Of a stretch of DNA of 64,000 nucleotides, positions 12,310 through 23,613 are shown piece by piece. The notes below the pieces were generated by a model, which made no database searches, was not told the origin of the DNA, and saw only the letters and a program-made list of their open reading frames with translations. Made by a program: the position numbers and the translations under genes. The stretch's first letter is position 1. Each line of letters opens with the position of its first letter. Origin of the DNA: Selaginella moellendorffii (lineage: Eukaryota; Plantae; Lycopodiophyta); contig NW_003314330.1 of assembly GCF_000143415.4 (NCBI RefSeq), forward strand, positions 968,228-1,032,227. Reading direction: 5' to 3'.

Positions 12310-13300
12310 TGCATCAATTGTGTAAGATAAAGGGGAATTATTCTTTCATATGTTCTTTATTGATATATAATTAGAAGTATTATTAATAATGACTTTGAAT
12401 AACATTTTCAACACTAATATCCAAAATGACAGGTCTAAGTTACTCCTAAAGCCTAAGTTAACACTTTGCCAAAATATTGAGTTATGAATAAAAGTAACTA
12501 TAAAGTTTATGAATGATTTGTTCTTTATATCAAATCATCACTATTGTATATTCAAATTGAGCCTATCTATCACGAAAAGGAGTTAGTTTTTTTTTTATTA
12601 AAGTATAGTGATGAGTGAGTTGAGTAATACAAAACTCTTTGTAATAAAAAATCCTCGATGCAGCATTAGGTCTGGCATTACAAGTGGCTGCAATTATTGC
12701 ACAAAAAAACAGGTTTTTCACAACATTAAATGCCATGACATTCAAGACAATGAACTTTGATATCACATCATCTAAGTTTATGTTTCTTGCATCATCAAGT
12801 ATTTCCCCAATGTTGCCATCTCACATTCACTTTCAACCAATAAATGATCCTGCATAGCTTATGAAGTATTTATAGGCTGAGATTGATTAACATTTTCTAT
12901 ACAAGCTCCAAAAGCAGATGCCCCATCAAAATGCTGACTCTCTGTAAATTTGTTGTAAAAAGTAAAGACAAAAGCACATTTGTGATTTACTCCACAAACA
13001 TTCAGTAAATTTGATTCTGAATATGAAGAGGAATGTTTGAAGCACTACATGTTTCAATATCATGCCCAAGAATTTTAGCAAAATGTGTTAACCATCATAC
13101 ATTTTTCCATAATAATTACATTTCCAATGCCCAAGTCTTTTGCCAGAAGCATAAGGAGTGAGCTTGGCAATATAGGACTATGCCTAATCAAGCACCATTG
13201 TTCAATTGTGCCAGAATTGCTCTATGAAATCACTAGAATCGTAATTTCTATTTTAGGGCAAAAATTACAGTTCATGTGAAGCCTCAGTGAGCTGCTCCAT
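12310..13300 (-). mobile_element. Degenerate hAT transposase remnant (BED finger and DUF659-like segments)
   Basis: Manual minus-strand translation gives HWKCNY...HFAKILGHDIETC (BED-like), DDVISKFIVLNVMAFNVVKNLFF and DISVENVIQ. Absent from the paralogous locus at ~36865. Confidence 0.6.
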
Positions 13301-13462
13301 ACTCAATCTAAAGTGGGGCCGACCAACTGGAGAGTGTCACCTTGGAGAGCTTGGTACGCACGCAGCTCCTATAGCCCTCTGTAAGGAACCAACTCTCTGA
13401 GGTGTCATAGGCTAAAGGATCCCCAAAAGCATAACCGAAATAACAAAGAGTTTATCGGATGG

Positions 13463-13741
13463 AACCGAGTCTGAGATCGAGTCCAAGACCGACTCTGAGA
13501 CCAAGTTCGAGATAGAGTCCGGGATCAAGTCTGAGGCTGACTCGGAGACCGAGTTCGAGGCCGAGCTTGAGACTGAGTTCGAGACAGAGTTCGAGATCGG
13601 GTCCGAGACTGAGTCCGAGGTCGAGTCCGAAGTTGAGTCTGAGATCAGGTCCGAGATCAAGTCCGAGATCGAGTCCGAGACCGAGTTCAAAGTTAGGTCC
13701 GAGATCAAGTCCAAAATCGAGTCCGAGACCGAGTCCGAGTA
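13463..13741 (+). repeat. Degenerate hexamer/dodecamer tandem array (GAGTCCGAGATC-type) inside the 5' LTR; matching array at 21347-21605
   Basis: Visible periodic CCGAGA/TCGAGT units. Confidence 0.85.
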
Positions 13742-16700
13742 CTAATATAGGTTAAGGGGTGAAAGCCCAAAGCGTGCGTCTCCCAGGGAGGGGGGCTGCA
13801 AGGGGTTCCAAAAATATAGTAGGGATAGTGAGGTCCAGGAACCAGTCTTGAAGGAACTCTCTAGTGGTGCTTCTAAACTGACTTGAGGTTGAGACTAGGG
13901 CCAAGGGGCCTTGGGTAGGAGTGAGCATGGACTCGGGTGGTGCCGGAGGGGCCACCCAAGTGTTCAAGAGCAACTCCCACTTCTGAAAGGAAAACCAACC
14001 ACTTGAGTACCTTGTGGCTCATTGGTCCTCGCCCTTCCTAGGGGCTTGGGCCTTCCCTTCGGGATGGAGGGGGGGGGGTAGAGGTACCCATATTGGTCTG
14101 TTATGCCACGGTGTTTCGCCCCGGTGTCCTGAAGCAAGTGTTGCACCTAAGGCTTGGGATTTAGAGGGTTCTATAATCAAATCTTGTTGTAAGGGATATT
14201 AGGAACCTGGAGGCTTGTGTGCTTGGCTGCTTGTGCTTGCGGGGAGTGTAGCTGAAAGTCCAATTTAACCCGGGGAGGGGGATTGGGAGAGATTTGGGAA
14301 TCCGTGGATGGATGGCTAATGCTCCGTTGCTCGTGTAATGAGTAATTGAAACCAAGTAGGACCAAGTAGGAGTTGGTACAATAGACGGGAACCTTGGTGA
14401 GGGAACTTAGCAAAAACCAAGGCAGTGTTGGTCAGATAGATGAGGTAAGTTGGCAAATTGAAAAGGAAAAATTTGAGGCTTACAATTTGGTATCGAAACC
14501 TTTTCCTCAGTTCTAGCGAAGGATAGAAGCGGATTGCTGGGAGATGGCAAAGGCAGAGTAGAAACGAACTAAGGCGGAGATAGAACCTCCTCTAGAGCTG
14601 GAGCCTCCGGTCGAACAAGAGGTTATGGATGAGGAATCCTTGCATGAGGAGAACTCTAGTGAGGAAACTTCCAAACAGAAGTCTGGTGGTGAGGTTCGGT
14701 CGTCCAAGGCTCGATTGAACATTCTAGAAGGACAATTGGCACAAACCAGTGCCTTGTTGGAGACTCTCGTATGCAAGCTAAAGTGTGATGAGAAGCAGAA
14801 GAAAAGGCAAAAGACTGCGGAGGCTGGTAGCACAAAAGGTGTAGACCCTTTGGCAGGGATTGAGGCAAAACCAAACAAGGTCGAACAGACCGAAGTGAAA
14901 TCAGTCCCTCAGGCAGTTCCCAAGTACAAACCAAAGCCCCCACCAATTTTCAAGGGAGTGAATGACTATAAGGTGGTGGAGGATTGGTTTTACAATATGG
15001 AGGACTATTTCCGAGTGTTTCGGTTACCGAGCTCGGAGAAGTTCCCATGTGTAAAACCATACTTAACAAATAATGCCAAGTCTTGGTGGAGAACGACAGA
15101 GGCCAACAAAAGATCGGTGGCCACTTGGGAAATGATGAAGGTGAGGATTCATGTGACTTACGTTCTTCCAAATCCTACTTTGCATCTAAAAGATGAGCTG
15201 AGTAGGTTGAAGCAAACCAGAACCATTCAGGAGTATGTGAATTGGTTTATGGCAAAGAGGATACTTGTTACGGATATAGGGGATATGGATACGTTCCATG
15301 CCTTCATATCAGACTTGCAAACCTAGGCTCGCAGTGAGGTGATACGTTGGAACCCAACCAACTACAAGGAAGCGTTGGATGCAACCGTCAAGGTGTATTT
15401 CATCAATAACCTGTGAAAGGGGAACACGATGGGGTCGGGGTCCACGTTTAGCAAAGGGGCCAAACCAAGGGGAACATATAGCAAAGGGAAATTCAAGAAG
15501 AGTTTCTCTAAGAATGAGTCCTCAGGGTTCCAAAAAGGCAAATCCGGTGGTCAGCGAGCAAGTACGTGGGGGAGTTAAGCAAAAAGAGATAAACCCATGG
15601 ATAAAAAGGTCCAGTCAGTTAGCAGTGTGGGAAACAACATATACTACAACTGCGGTGAAGCAGGACACTTTTTGAGGGAATGTCTCTACTCGAAGAAGGC
15701 CAGAGCCAATATGGCCATTAAGTCGGGTGAAATCCAAATTGAGGTATGTGATCCAGTCCCTAGCTCAAAGTTACTCATTACACGAGCAACTTTGGTAGAG
15801 AGTCGTTCACGACATCTACTATCCCTCTGAGGGAAGCTCGGAGGTAGCTTTGTTAAGATCCTTATTGACACGAGTGCTTCGGATAATTTTGTGGCTACAG
15901 ACATAGTCTGGCAAGCCGGACTAACAGTGCAGCGGTTGGGCGAACCAAGGACTATAGAGTTTGTTCAAGGTAGCCAAAGCACCGATGAGGTACTTCAACA
16001 AGCAAGAGTCGAAGTAGGGACATGGAAAGTAGACATGGATTTCACCATGTTGAACATGGCGGGATTTAACGTGATCTTCGGGATGGATTGGTTCAATCGA
16101 TTCATGGTAGCCCTACATGGATAAAGTAGGAACCTTGTGGTATTAGCGAATGCCCAAGGAAGAAGATCCAGGGTGGAGGCTCAGGATCTAAAGGTAGAGC
16201 AATGCAAGGTCAAAGATTCTTGCCTAAACCTGGTGTTCACGAGAGGACAAATCATTAAAGGAACCAAGGTAGCATTTTTGTGCTTACTCTCAATGAAGAG
16301 TGACAAAAAGACGGGAACAGAAGAAATACCTTTAATGATCCAGCGGGTGTTAAACCAATTCCAGGATACCATGCCGGAGGAGCTACCGGCGGGGTTGCCC
16401 CCTGCACGACCGATAGAACATAAGATTGAGCTAGTCGAGGGTGTTGAGGTGGTGGTTCGTCCCATCGTTTGAACAAAAAAGAACTCGAGGAGCTCAAGCG
16501 CCAACTAAAGGAGTTGGTGGACAAAAGGTATGTTAGGTTGAGCAAGTCGCTATATGGGGCATCGATGTTATTTGTGAAAAAGAAAGATAGATCTATGCGT
16601 ATGCGCATAGACTACTGGTTGCTCAACAAGTATACAAAGAAGAACAAGTACCCTTTGCCAAGGATTGAGGACCTATTCGATAAGTTGGGAAAGGCAAAAT

Positions 16701-18177
16701 ACTTCTCGAGGATTGACCTAAGGTCAGGATACTTCCAGATCAGGGTAGCAGAGGAAGATGTCGAGAAGACAACCTGTCAAACAAGGTAAGGAAGATTTGA
16801 GTTTTTGGTGATGCCTTTTGGGCTATGCAATGCGCCGGCAACATTTTTGGCATTGATGAACCACATCTTTGTACCTTATCTGGATTATTTTGTGGTTGTC
16901 TATATTGACGACATCTTAATCTATAGCGAAACGCTAGAGGAGCATGCTAAACACTTAACGAAGGTGTTTGAGAAACTAAGGGAACACCAACTGTATGCTA
17001 AAGAGAGCAAATGTGACTTTGCTCAACAAGAGGTAAAGTTTCTCGGGCAAGGACGGGCTCAAAGTGAACCCTGAAAAGGTCCAAGCGATTCAGGATTGGG
17101 AGCGACCATCAAATGTACATGAGTTAAGGGCATTCTTGGGACTATGCAACTACTATCGAAAGTTTATCAAACACTATTTCAGAGTAGCCCTACTTTTAAC
17201 GGACCAAACAGGAAAAGGGAAGATGGTATGGACAGCGGAATGCGAGGTGGCATTTGTCCACCTCAAAGAGAAGTTGAAGAAGGCTCCCATGTTGGCGTTA
17301 CCAGACTTTGGTAAGGACTTTGAGATAGAAATAGATACTTCAGACTTTGCGTTGGGCGCAGTTTTGAAGCAAGACAATCATCCAGTGGTGTTCTTTTCGA
17401 AGAAGTTGGACAAGGCTTAACGGAAGTAGCCTACCCACAAGAAGGAATTGTTTGCAGTGGTCAAGGCACTCAAGGAGTGGCGACACTACCTTGGGAGACA
17501 CTTCAAGGTTTACACAGACAATGTGGCAACGAAACACTTCTTGTCACAGCCCGACATGAGAGGGAAACAAGGTCGGTAGGCTAATGCTTTGGTTGAGTTT
17601 GATTGCGAGATTTTGTACAAGCCTGAGAAGAGCAACATCGTGGCAGATGCGCTAAGTCGAAAAGCGAGCTTGAAGTTGGCGATATCCAGCCTGACAGCAA
17701 CCTTTTGGGATGATGTGCGGACAACATATGAGAACGATGGTCTAGCACAAGAAGATTGCTGAGGAATCTGGAGGCACGGGAAACTCACCAGAGAGGTGAG
17801 CTGCCAATAGAAGAGAAAACGGGCTATGTAGAACACAATGGACTCATTTATTACAAGTAAACGAGGGTGTATGTTCCAAAAGGGGAACTAAGGAAGGTAA
17901 CCTTAGAAGAGTGTCATAACGAACCTCTTGCGAGACACGGTAGAGTGCCTAAGACAATGGGCTTACTCAAGAGGAAGTACCACTAGCCAGATATGGCTAA
18001 AGACGTCCAAGACTATGTAAAGACATACCCAACATGTTAGTAGGTCAAAGCCGTGACTAAGCCTAGTGGGGGCTTGTTACAAAGCATCCCAATTCCAGAT
18101 CTTCCGTGGAAATGTCTTACGATGGACTTCATCACAGGGCTCCCCCCAAGCGAGGGGTTCGATGTGATATTCGTGGT

Positions 18178-19754
18178 TGTAGTGCACCTGAATTTGGAGC
18201 CGAACTCCAAGCCCGTTGCGCTATGAAATGAGGGTCCAGTACAATCCCACGAGCACCAACTCCCCGTATCCAGCACCTGCACTCAAAATGGTGTCAGACG
18301 GAGTCTGGCACGATTTTGGCATATCGGTGGCCTAACGCGAGAAGGAGGGTACTCCACCGACTAGAGCAACGGAGCCAAACTAATGTCTCAGATGGTCGGA
18401 CATGCATTCCAACCACTATCCCTACTATACATTTGGAACCCCCCATAACCCCCCTGTAAGCTCCTGAGTTTGGACTTCCCGGGAGGTCACCCAGCCCAGT
18501 ACTATTCAAACCCAAGGACGCTTAACCCCAAATATCCCAAGACCCTTAACCGATTGGAAAAGGGGGTGCACTCTTATTCATGGGCCCTTTCCCTCTATAT
18601 TTGAACCCCATGGACCGTCTCTCAAGTCGTTCCCTTTGGTTGCTTACAATCCACCACGCTTCCCTGCAAGTTCACGCCTCGTGAACGGAAGCTGAGAGCC
18701 GCAACTCTCTCGAGAGCCTCGCTCTCTTGACACCCTACCCCTCGGGTCGAGCCCAGCGGGAGCAAACTGGACCAGCCAGATATCAATCAACATGTGGTGC
18801 GATTCCCCTAGCCAACCAACAGAGTCGGACCTGAGACCGCTCCGATACCAAATGTAAGCTCCTGAGTTTGGACTTCCCAGAGTCGGACCTGAGACCGCTC
18901 CCATGTGGTGCGATTCCCCTAGCCAACCAACAGAGTCGGACCTGAGACCGCTCCGATACCAAATGTAAGCTCCTGAGTTTGGACTTCCCAGGAGGTCACC
19001 CAGCCTAGTACTATTCAAACCCAAGGACGCTTAACCCCAAATATCCCAAGACCCTTAACCGATTGGAAAAGGGGATGCACTCTTATTCATGGGCCCTTTC
19101 CCTCTATATTTGAACCCCATGGACCGTCTCTCAAGTCGTTCCCTTTAGTTGCTTACACCCCCCCCCCCCCCCCCTTGAGGAACACACGCTTTGGGCTTTC
19201 ACCCCAAGCCTCCCTTAGTACCAGGAGTTAGTCTCTAGGACAAGCTCGAAACTTACTAAATATGGAATGTCCTTAGATTGCGAATTTGGACACGGGATGA
19301 ACACCATTGTGTTCAGGCCGATCTCTACATTCCGTAGATATACCAAATGAGCTGATCTAGACACTTTCTATAAATAGCATTTGGGACCGAAATGAGACCA
19401 ACACAAAGGGCGTGATAGCGAGGGTGTTTGGCAGACACGGTAAGCTATCATCCAGCGATATTGAAGGACTAGTCTCAATATGCGAGGGTTCTTGTCACTA
19501 GCAAGTGCAAGACAAAACGAGACGGGAACTCCTTACCGGGCTAAGTATGCTTAGCTAATAACACGTAGGAATTCTGTCCTTATGCTCGTCCGGTCTAAGT
19601 ACACTCGAAATGCCCAGTTAACTCCACTAGCACAAGAGGGGCTACTAAAGGGATCCAACTGTACCAATCTCCTGCCATCATGGCAGTAAGGAAAGAGTGT
19701 CCATAAGGACCTATCGACAAGTATCTTTCGATACCCGAAGTCACATTCGCGACA
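18178..19754 (-). mobile_element. Solo LTR of a related family inserted in the integrase
   Basis: TGT..ACA ends with TSD GTGGT (18173-77 and 19755-59). Splits FVV/VDRFSK. Carries the shared LTR core motif in reverse orientation. Confidence 0.85.
18455..19157 (-). mobile_element. Cassandra TRIM 1 (5S rRNA-derived LTR segment) with an internal duplication
   Basis: 194-bp LTRs at 18455-18648 and 18964-19157; flanked by C-runs (TSD CCCCC); PBS TGGTATCGGAGC on the minus strand. LTR contains GTTAAGCGTCCTTGGG..AATAGTACTGGGCTGGGTGACCTCCCGGGAAGTCC, matching the 5S A-box/IE/C-box. Confidence 0.88.
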
Positions 19755-20994
19755 GTGGTGGTGGACCGATTTTCGAAAATGGCACATTTCATACCCATCA
19801 CAACGGAAATGGATACGGAAAGTGTGGCGAAACTGTTCTTCAAACAAGTGGTTCGAGTGTGGGGAAGGCCAAAAGAGATTATCTCAGATCGAGATAAGAT
19901 CTTCACCAGTAGGTTCTGGTAAACTCTCCTAGAATAATATCGCACCAAGTTGAAATTCAACACAGCCTATCACCCACAGACAGGTATTGGGTATTAAGTC
20001 AAGTTTGATGGCACTAACACTTCTTGATAGATGGACAAACAGAAAGGGTGAATAGGTAGCTGGAGGATTATTTGCGATGCTATGTCTCGAAAGACCAGAC
20101 TGATTGGGTAAGTCATCTGGGACTTGTGGAAATGTGTTATAATAACTCACCACATTCGAGTATCGGGGTGAGTCCATGGGAAGTCATCAATGGGTGAGCT
20201 ATTAAAGGTTCTGTGGAACTCGGCGTGGCTGAGTATCATGGAGAGTTACTTGCAGTGGAGGCATTCATGGCGGAAAGACTCAACATTTGGAATCTAGTGA
20301 GGGACTCCTTGGAACGGGCTCAACAAAAGCAAACCAAGTACGCGAACCAGAAGCACTGGGATGTAGAGTTCCAAGCTGGGGAGAGGGTGTGGCTGAACAC
20401 CAAGAACCTCAAGCTACCAAGTGGGATCAGCCGGAAGTTGACCCAAAGGTAAAAATGCATATATTTCTGTAAATGAATCGATCTTGAGTTCCTTAAGCAG
20501 ATCCGTGGGGCATTATGAGATTGAGGCACAAATCGGTAAAGTGGCTTAGAGAGATGGGGAAGATGCACCTAGTGTTCCACATGAACTTACTTAAGCCGTA
20601 TTTTGAGGATCTGCTTCGCAAGGACCAAGTAAGACCTTTACCTGAGGTTATCTAAGGGGAAGAGGAATACAAAGTCAAGGCCATCCTCAATGCGCGCAAG
20701 AGCAAGCGACAAAGACGCGAGGTGAGAGAGTTCCATGTGAAGTGGAAAGGATTTCCACATTGCGAAGCAACATGGGAACCGAAAGAGAACCTAGCGAACG
20801 CACAAGATTTAGTGGAGGAATTTCTGCAAGGTAGAACTCTATGTACTTATGCAAAGTTCATTTAAAGTATCAATTTGTGAAGTTGCAATGGCATATGTTG
20901 TGACCCGAAGGCGTGCCGAAGGTAAGCTAATTAGCATGGGTTAGCTAGGTCGACCAAGCATAAAGAATTATGCCTAACTCCCCATGGGGATGTC

Positions 20995-21202
20995 AAATCC
21001 GTATACATATTCTACGGAAGTTGGGTTTGAGTCCCAACCCCCTAGTAAAGCAAGGCTGGGTTTAAGTCCCAACCCCATACTAGGGCGTGGTGGGGTGAGG
21101 GGTATAGGGACATCTATATTCTGTTGTCATGGGCTCTTGGCCGGGGAGGCTAACTTAGGCACACCGCTAAGTGGGGGGATGCCTCCGGAGACATGGTCAA
21201 CA
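20995..21202 (+). ncRNA. Putative structured cis-acting RNA (two T-loop hairpins plus a double-pseudoknot module) in the chromovirus 3' UTR
   Basis: Stems conserved with compensatory changes relative to the copies at 27155-27344 and 27447-27526. Structure inferred by eye. Confidence 0.55.
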
Positions 21203-22132
21203 AATCGTAGGATAAAAAGAGACGTTTGATGAGGGCACCGAACTTCTTCTATGGGTGGTGGAGTTGTAAAGAACCAACTCCCCAAGGTGTCGTAGGCTAA
21301 AGGATCCCCGAAAGCATGACCGAAATGACAAAAAGTTCATCGGACGGGACCGAGTCTGAGATCGAGTCCAAGACTGACTCTGAGACCGAGTTCGAGATAG
21401 AGTCTAGAATTGAGTCTGAGGCCAACTCGAAGACCAAGTTCAAGGCCGAGTTTGAGACCGAGTTCAAGACAGAGTCCGAGATCCAAGATCGGGTCCGAGA
21501 CCGAGTCCGAGGTCGAGTCCGAAGTTGAGTTCGAGATCGGGTCCGAGATCGGGTCCGAGATCGAGTCGAAAGTTAAGTTCGAGATCAAGTCCAAAATCGA
21601 GTCCGGGTGGGATTCTCGCAGCTCGGGGAGCTCCGCAAGGCGGAGCGTCTCTTTCGATCCATCCCGGAGAGGAATGTGGTTTCTTGGAACACGATGATCG
21701 CCACTTTATTTTTGGAACCCCTTGCAGCCCCCCTCCCTGGGAGACGCACGCTTTGGGCTTTCACCCCTTAACCTATATTAGTACTCGGACTCGGTCTTAG
21801 TAGGGATAGTGAGGTCTAGGAACCAGTCTTGAAGGAATTCTCTAGTGGTGCTTCCAAACTGACTTGAGATTGAGACAGAGGCCAAGGGGCATTGGGTGGG
21901 AGTGAGCATGGACTCGAGTGGTGCCGGAGGGGCCACCTAAGGAAGTGTTCAAGAGCAACTCCCACTCCCGAAAGGGAAACCAATTGCGATGCTCCTGGCT
22001 CGTGTGGAATGGTGCCCCACTTGAGTACCTTATGGCTTATTGGCATTCCTTTCGGGATGGAAGTGGGGGGGTAGAGGTACTTATACCGGGCTGTTAGGCC
22101 ACAATGTTTTGCCCTAGTGTCCTGAAACAAGT

Positions 22133-22727
22133 TGTAAGCTCCTGAGTTTGGACTTCCCGGGAGGTCACCCAGCCCAGTACTATTCAAACCTAAGGACGCT
22201 TAACCCCAAGTATCCCAAGACCCTTAACTGATTGGAAAAGGGGGTGCACTCTTGTTCATGGGCCCTTTCCCTCTATATTTGAACCCTAACGGATCGTCTC
22301 TCAAGTCATTCCCTTTGGTTGCTTACAATCCACCACGCTTCCCTGCAAGTTCACGCCCTCGTGAACGGAAGCTGAGAGCCGCAGCTCTCCCGAGAGCCCC
22401 GCTCTCTTGACACGCTACCCCTCGGGTCGAACCCAATGGGAGCAAACTGGACCAGCCAGATGTCAATCAACGTGTGGTGTGATTCCCTTAGCCAACCAAT
22501 AGAGTCGGACCCGAGACCCCTCTAATACCAAATGTAAGCTCCTGAGTTTGGACTTCCCGGGAGGTCACCCAGCCCAGTACTATTCAAACCCAAGGACGCT
22601 TAACCCCAAGTATCCTAAGACCCTTAACCGATTGGAAAAGGGGGTGCACTCTTGTTCATGGGCCCTTTCCCTTTATATTTGAACCCTAACGGATCGTCTC
22701 TCAAGTCGTTCCCTTTGGTTGCTTACA
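22133..22727 (-). mobile_element. Cassandra TRIM 2 inserted in the chromovirus 3' LTR
   Basis: 195-bp LTRs at 22133-22327 and 22533-22727; 205-bp non-coding core; TSD CAAGT. The empty site is visible in the 5' LTR (GAAGCAAGTGTTG). Confidence 0.9.
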
Positions 22728-23294
22728 CAAGTGTTGCACCTAAGGCTTGGGATTTAGAGGGTCCCATGATCAAGTCTTGTTGTACCAAGGGATATTAGGA
22801 ATCTGGAGGCTTGGTGTGCTTGGCTGCTTGTGCTTGCGGGGAGTGTAGCTGAACCTTAAATCCAATCTAACCCGGGGAGGGGGATTGGGAGAGATTTGGG
22901 AATCCATAGATGGATGGCTAACGCTTTGTTGCTTGTGCAATGAGTAGTTGAAACCAAGTAGGACCAAGTAGGAGCTGGTATAATAAACAGGAACCTTGGC
23001 AAAGGAACTTAGCAAAAACCAAGGCAGTGTTGGTCGAATAGACGAGGTAAATGTGAGACACAAAATCCCTAAGCCCCAAAGTGGAGCTGGAACGGTGCCA
23101 TGTGGTGGTGGCCGAAGCGAAAACCAAACAAGCGTAACACGTTTGGACCAAAAAGCTCCAACTTGAAAAGGTCGAAAGTGGGAGTGGAATTCCTAACGAA
23201 GTGCTCGAGGAGCGAGCACGAAGTGAGCAATAAGCGAGGCTCCAAAAAGGGACCCAAAAGGACCAACACATGACACAAGGAAGTGTCCAAAATG

Positions 23295-23613
23295 GACCCG
23301 AGTTGGGGTCTGAAGTGGAGTCCGAGATGGAGTCCAAGGTGGAGTTCGAGATGGAGTCCGAGATGGAGTCCGAAATGGACCCGAGATGGAGTCCGAGATG
23401 GAGTCTGAGATGGACTCGAGATGGAGTCCGAGATGGAGTCCGAGATGGAGTCTAAGATGGACCCGAGATGGAGTCCGAGATGGACCCGAGATGGACCCGA
23501 GATGGAGTCCGAGATGGAACCGAGACCGAGGCAGAGACCGAGACCGAGTCCGAGTCCGAAACCGGGACCGAGACCGAGTCCGAGTCCAAGTTCGAGCCCA
23601 AGTCCGAGTCCGA
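23295..23613 (+). repeat. GATGGAGTCCGA/GATGGACCCGA tandem array in the LARD LTR; second copy at 28895-29266
   Basis: Direct 11-12 bp tandem units. Confidence 0.9.

Larger units (their letters stand above)
14546..20835 (+). pseudogene. gag-pol of the chromovirus with stops and frameshifts
   Basis: Gag; zinc knuckle YNCGEAGHFLREC; protease LIDTSASDNF; [17 protein letters not shown] and YIDD; RNase H; integrase [18 protein letters not shown]; chromodomain EYKVKAIL..VKWKGFPHCEATWEP (~20660-20830). Confidence 0.9.

Noticed and set aside
13412-13755. SD/SP/RT-rich ORFs here and at 21316-21800, 22918-23918 and 28498-29458
   Set aside because: Translations of LTR tandem repeats that are open in several frames; not real genes.
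18470-18530. 5S rRNA gene
   Set aside because: Only the internal control region is present, embedded in TRIM LTRs; no complete ~120-nt gene.
23295-23613. CRISPR-like repeat array
   Set aside because: Contiguous 11-12 bp units with no unique spacers, inside plant LTRs, and no cas genes.
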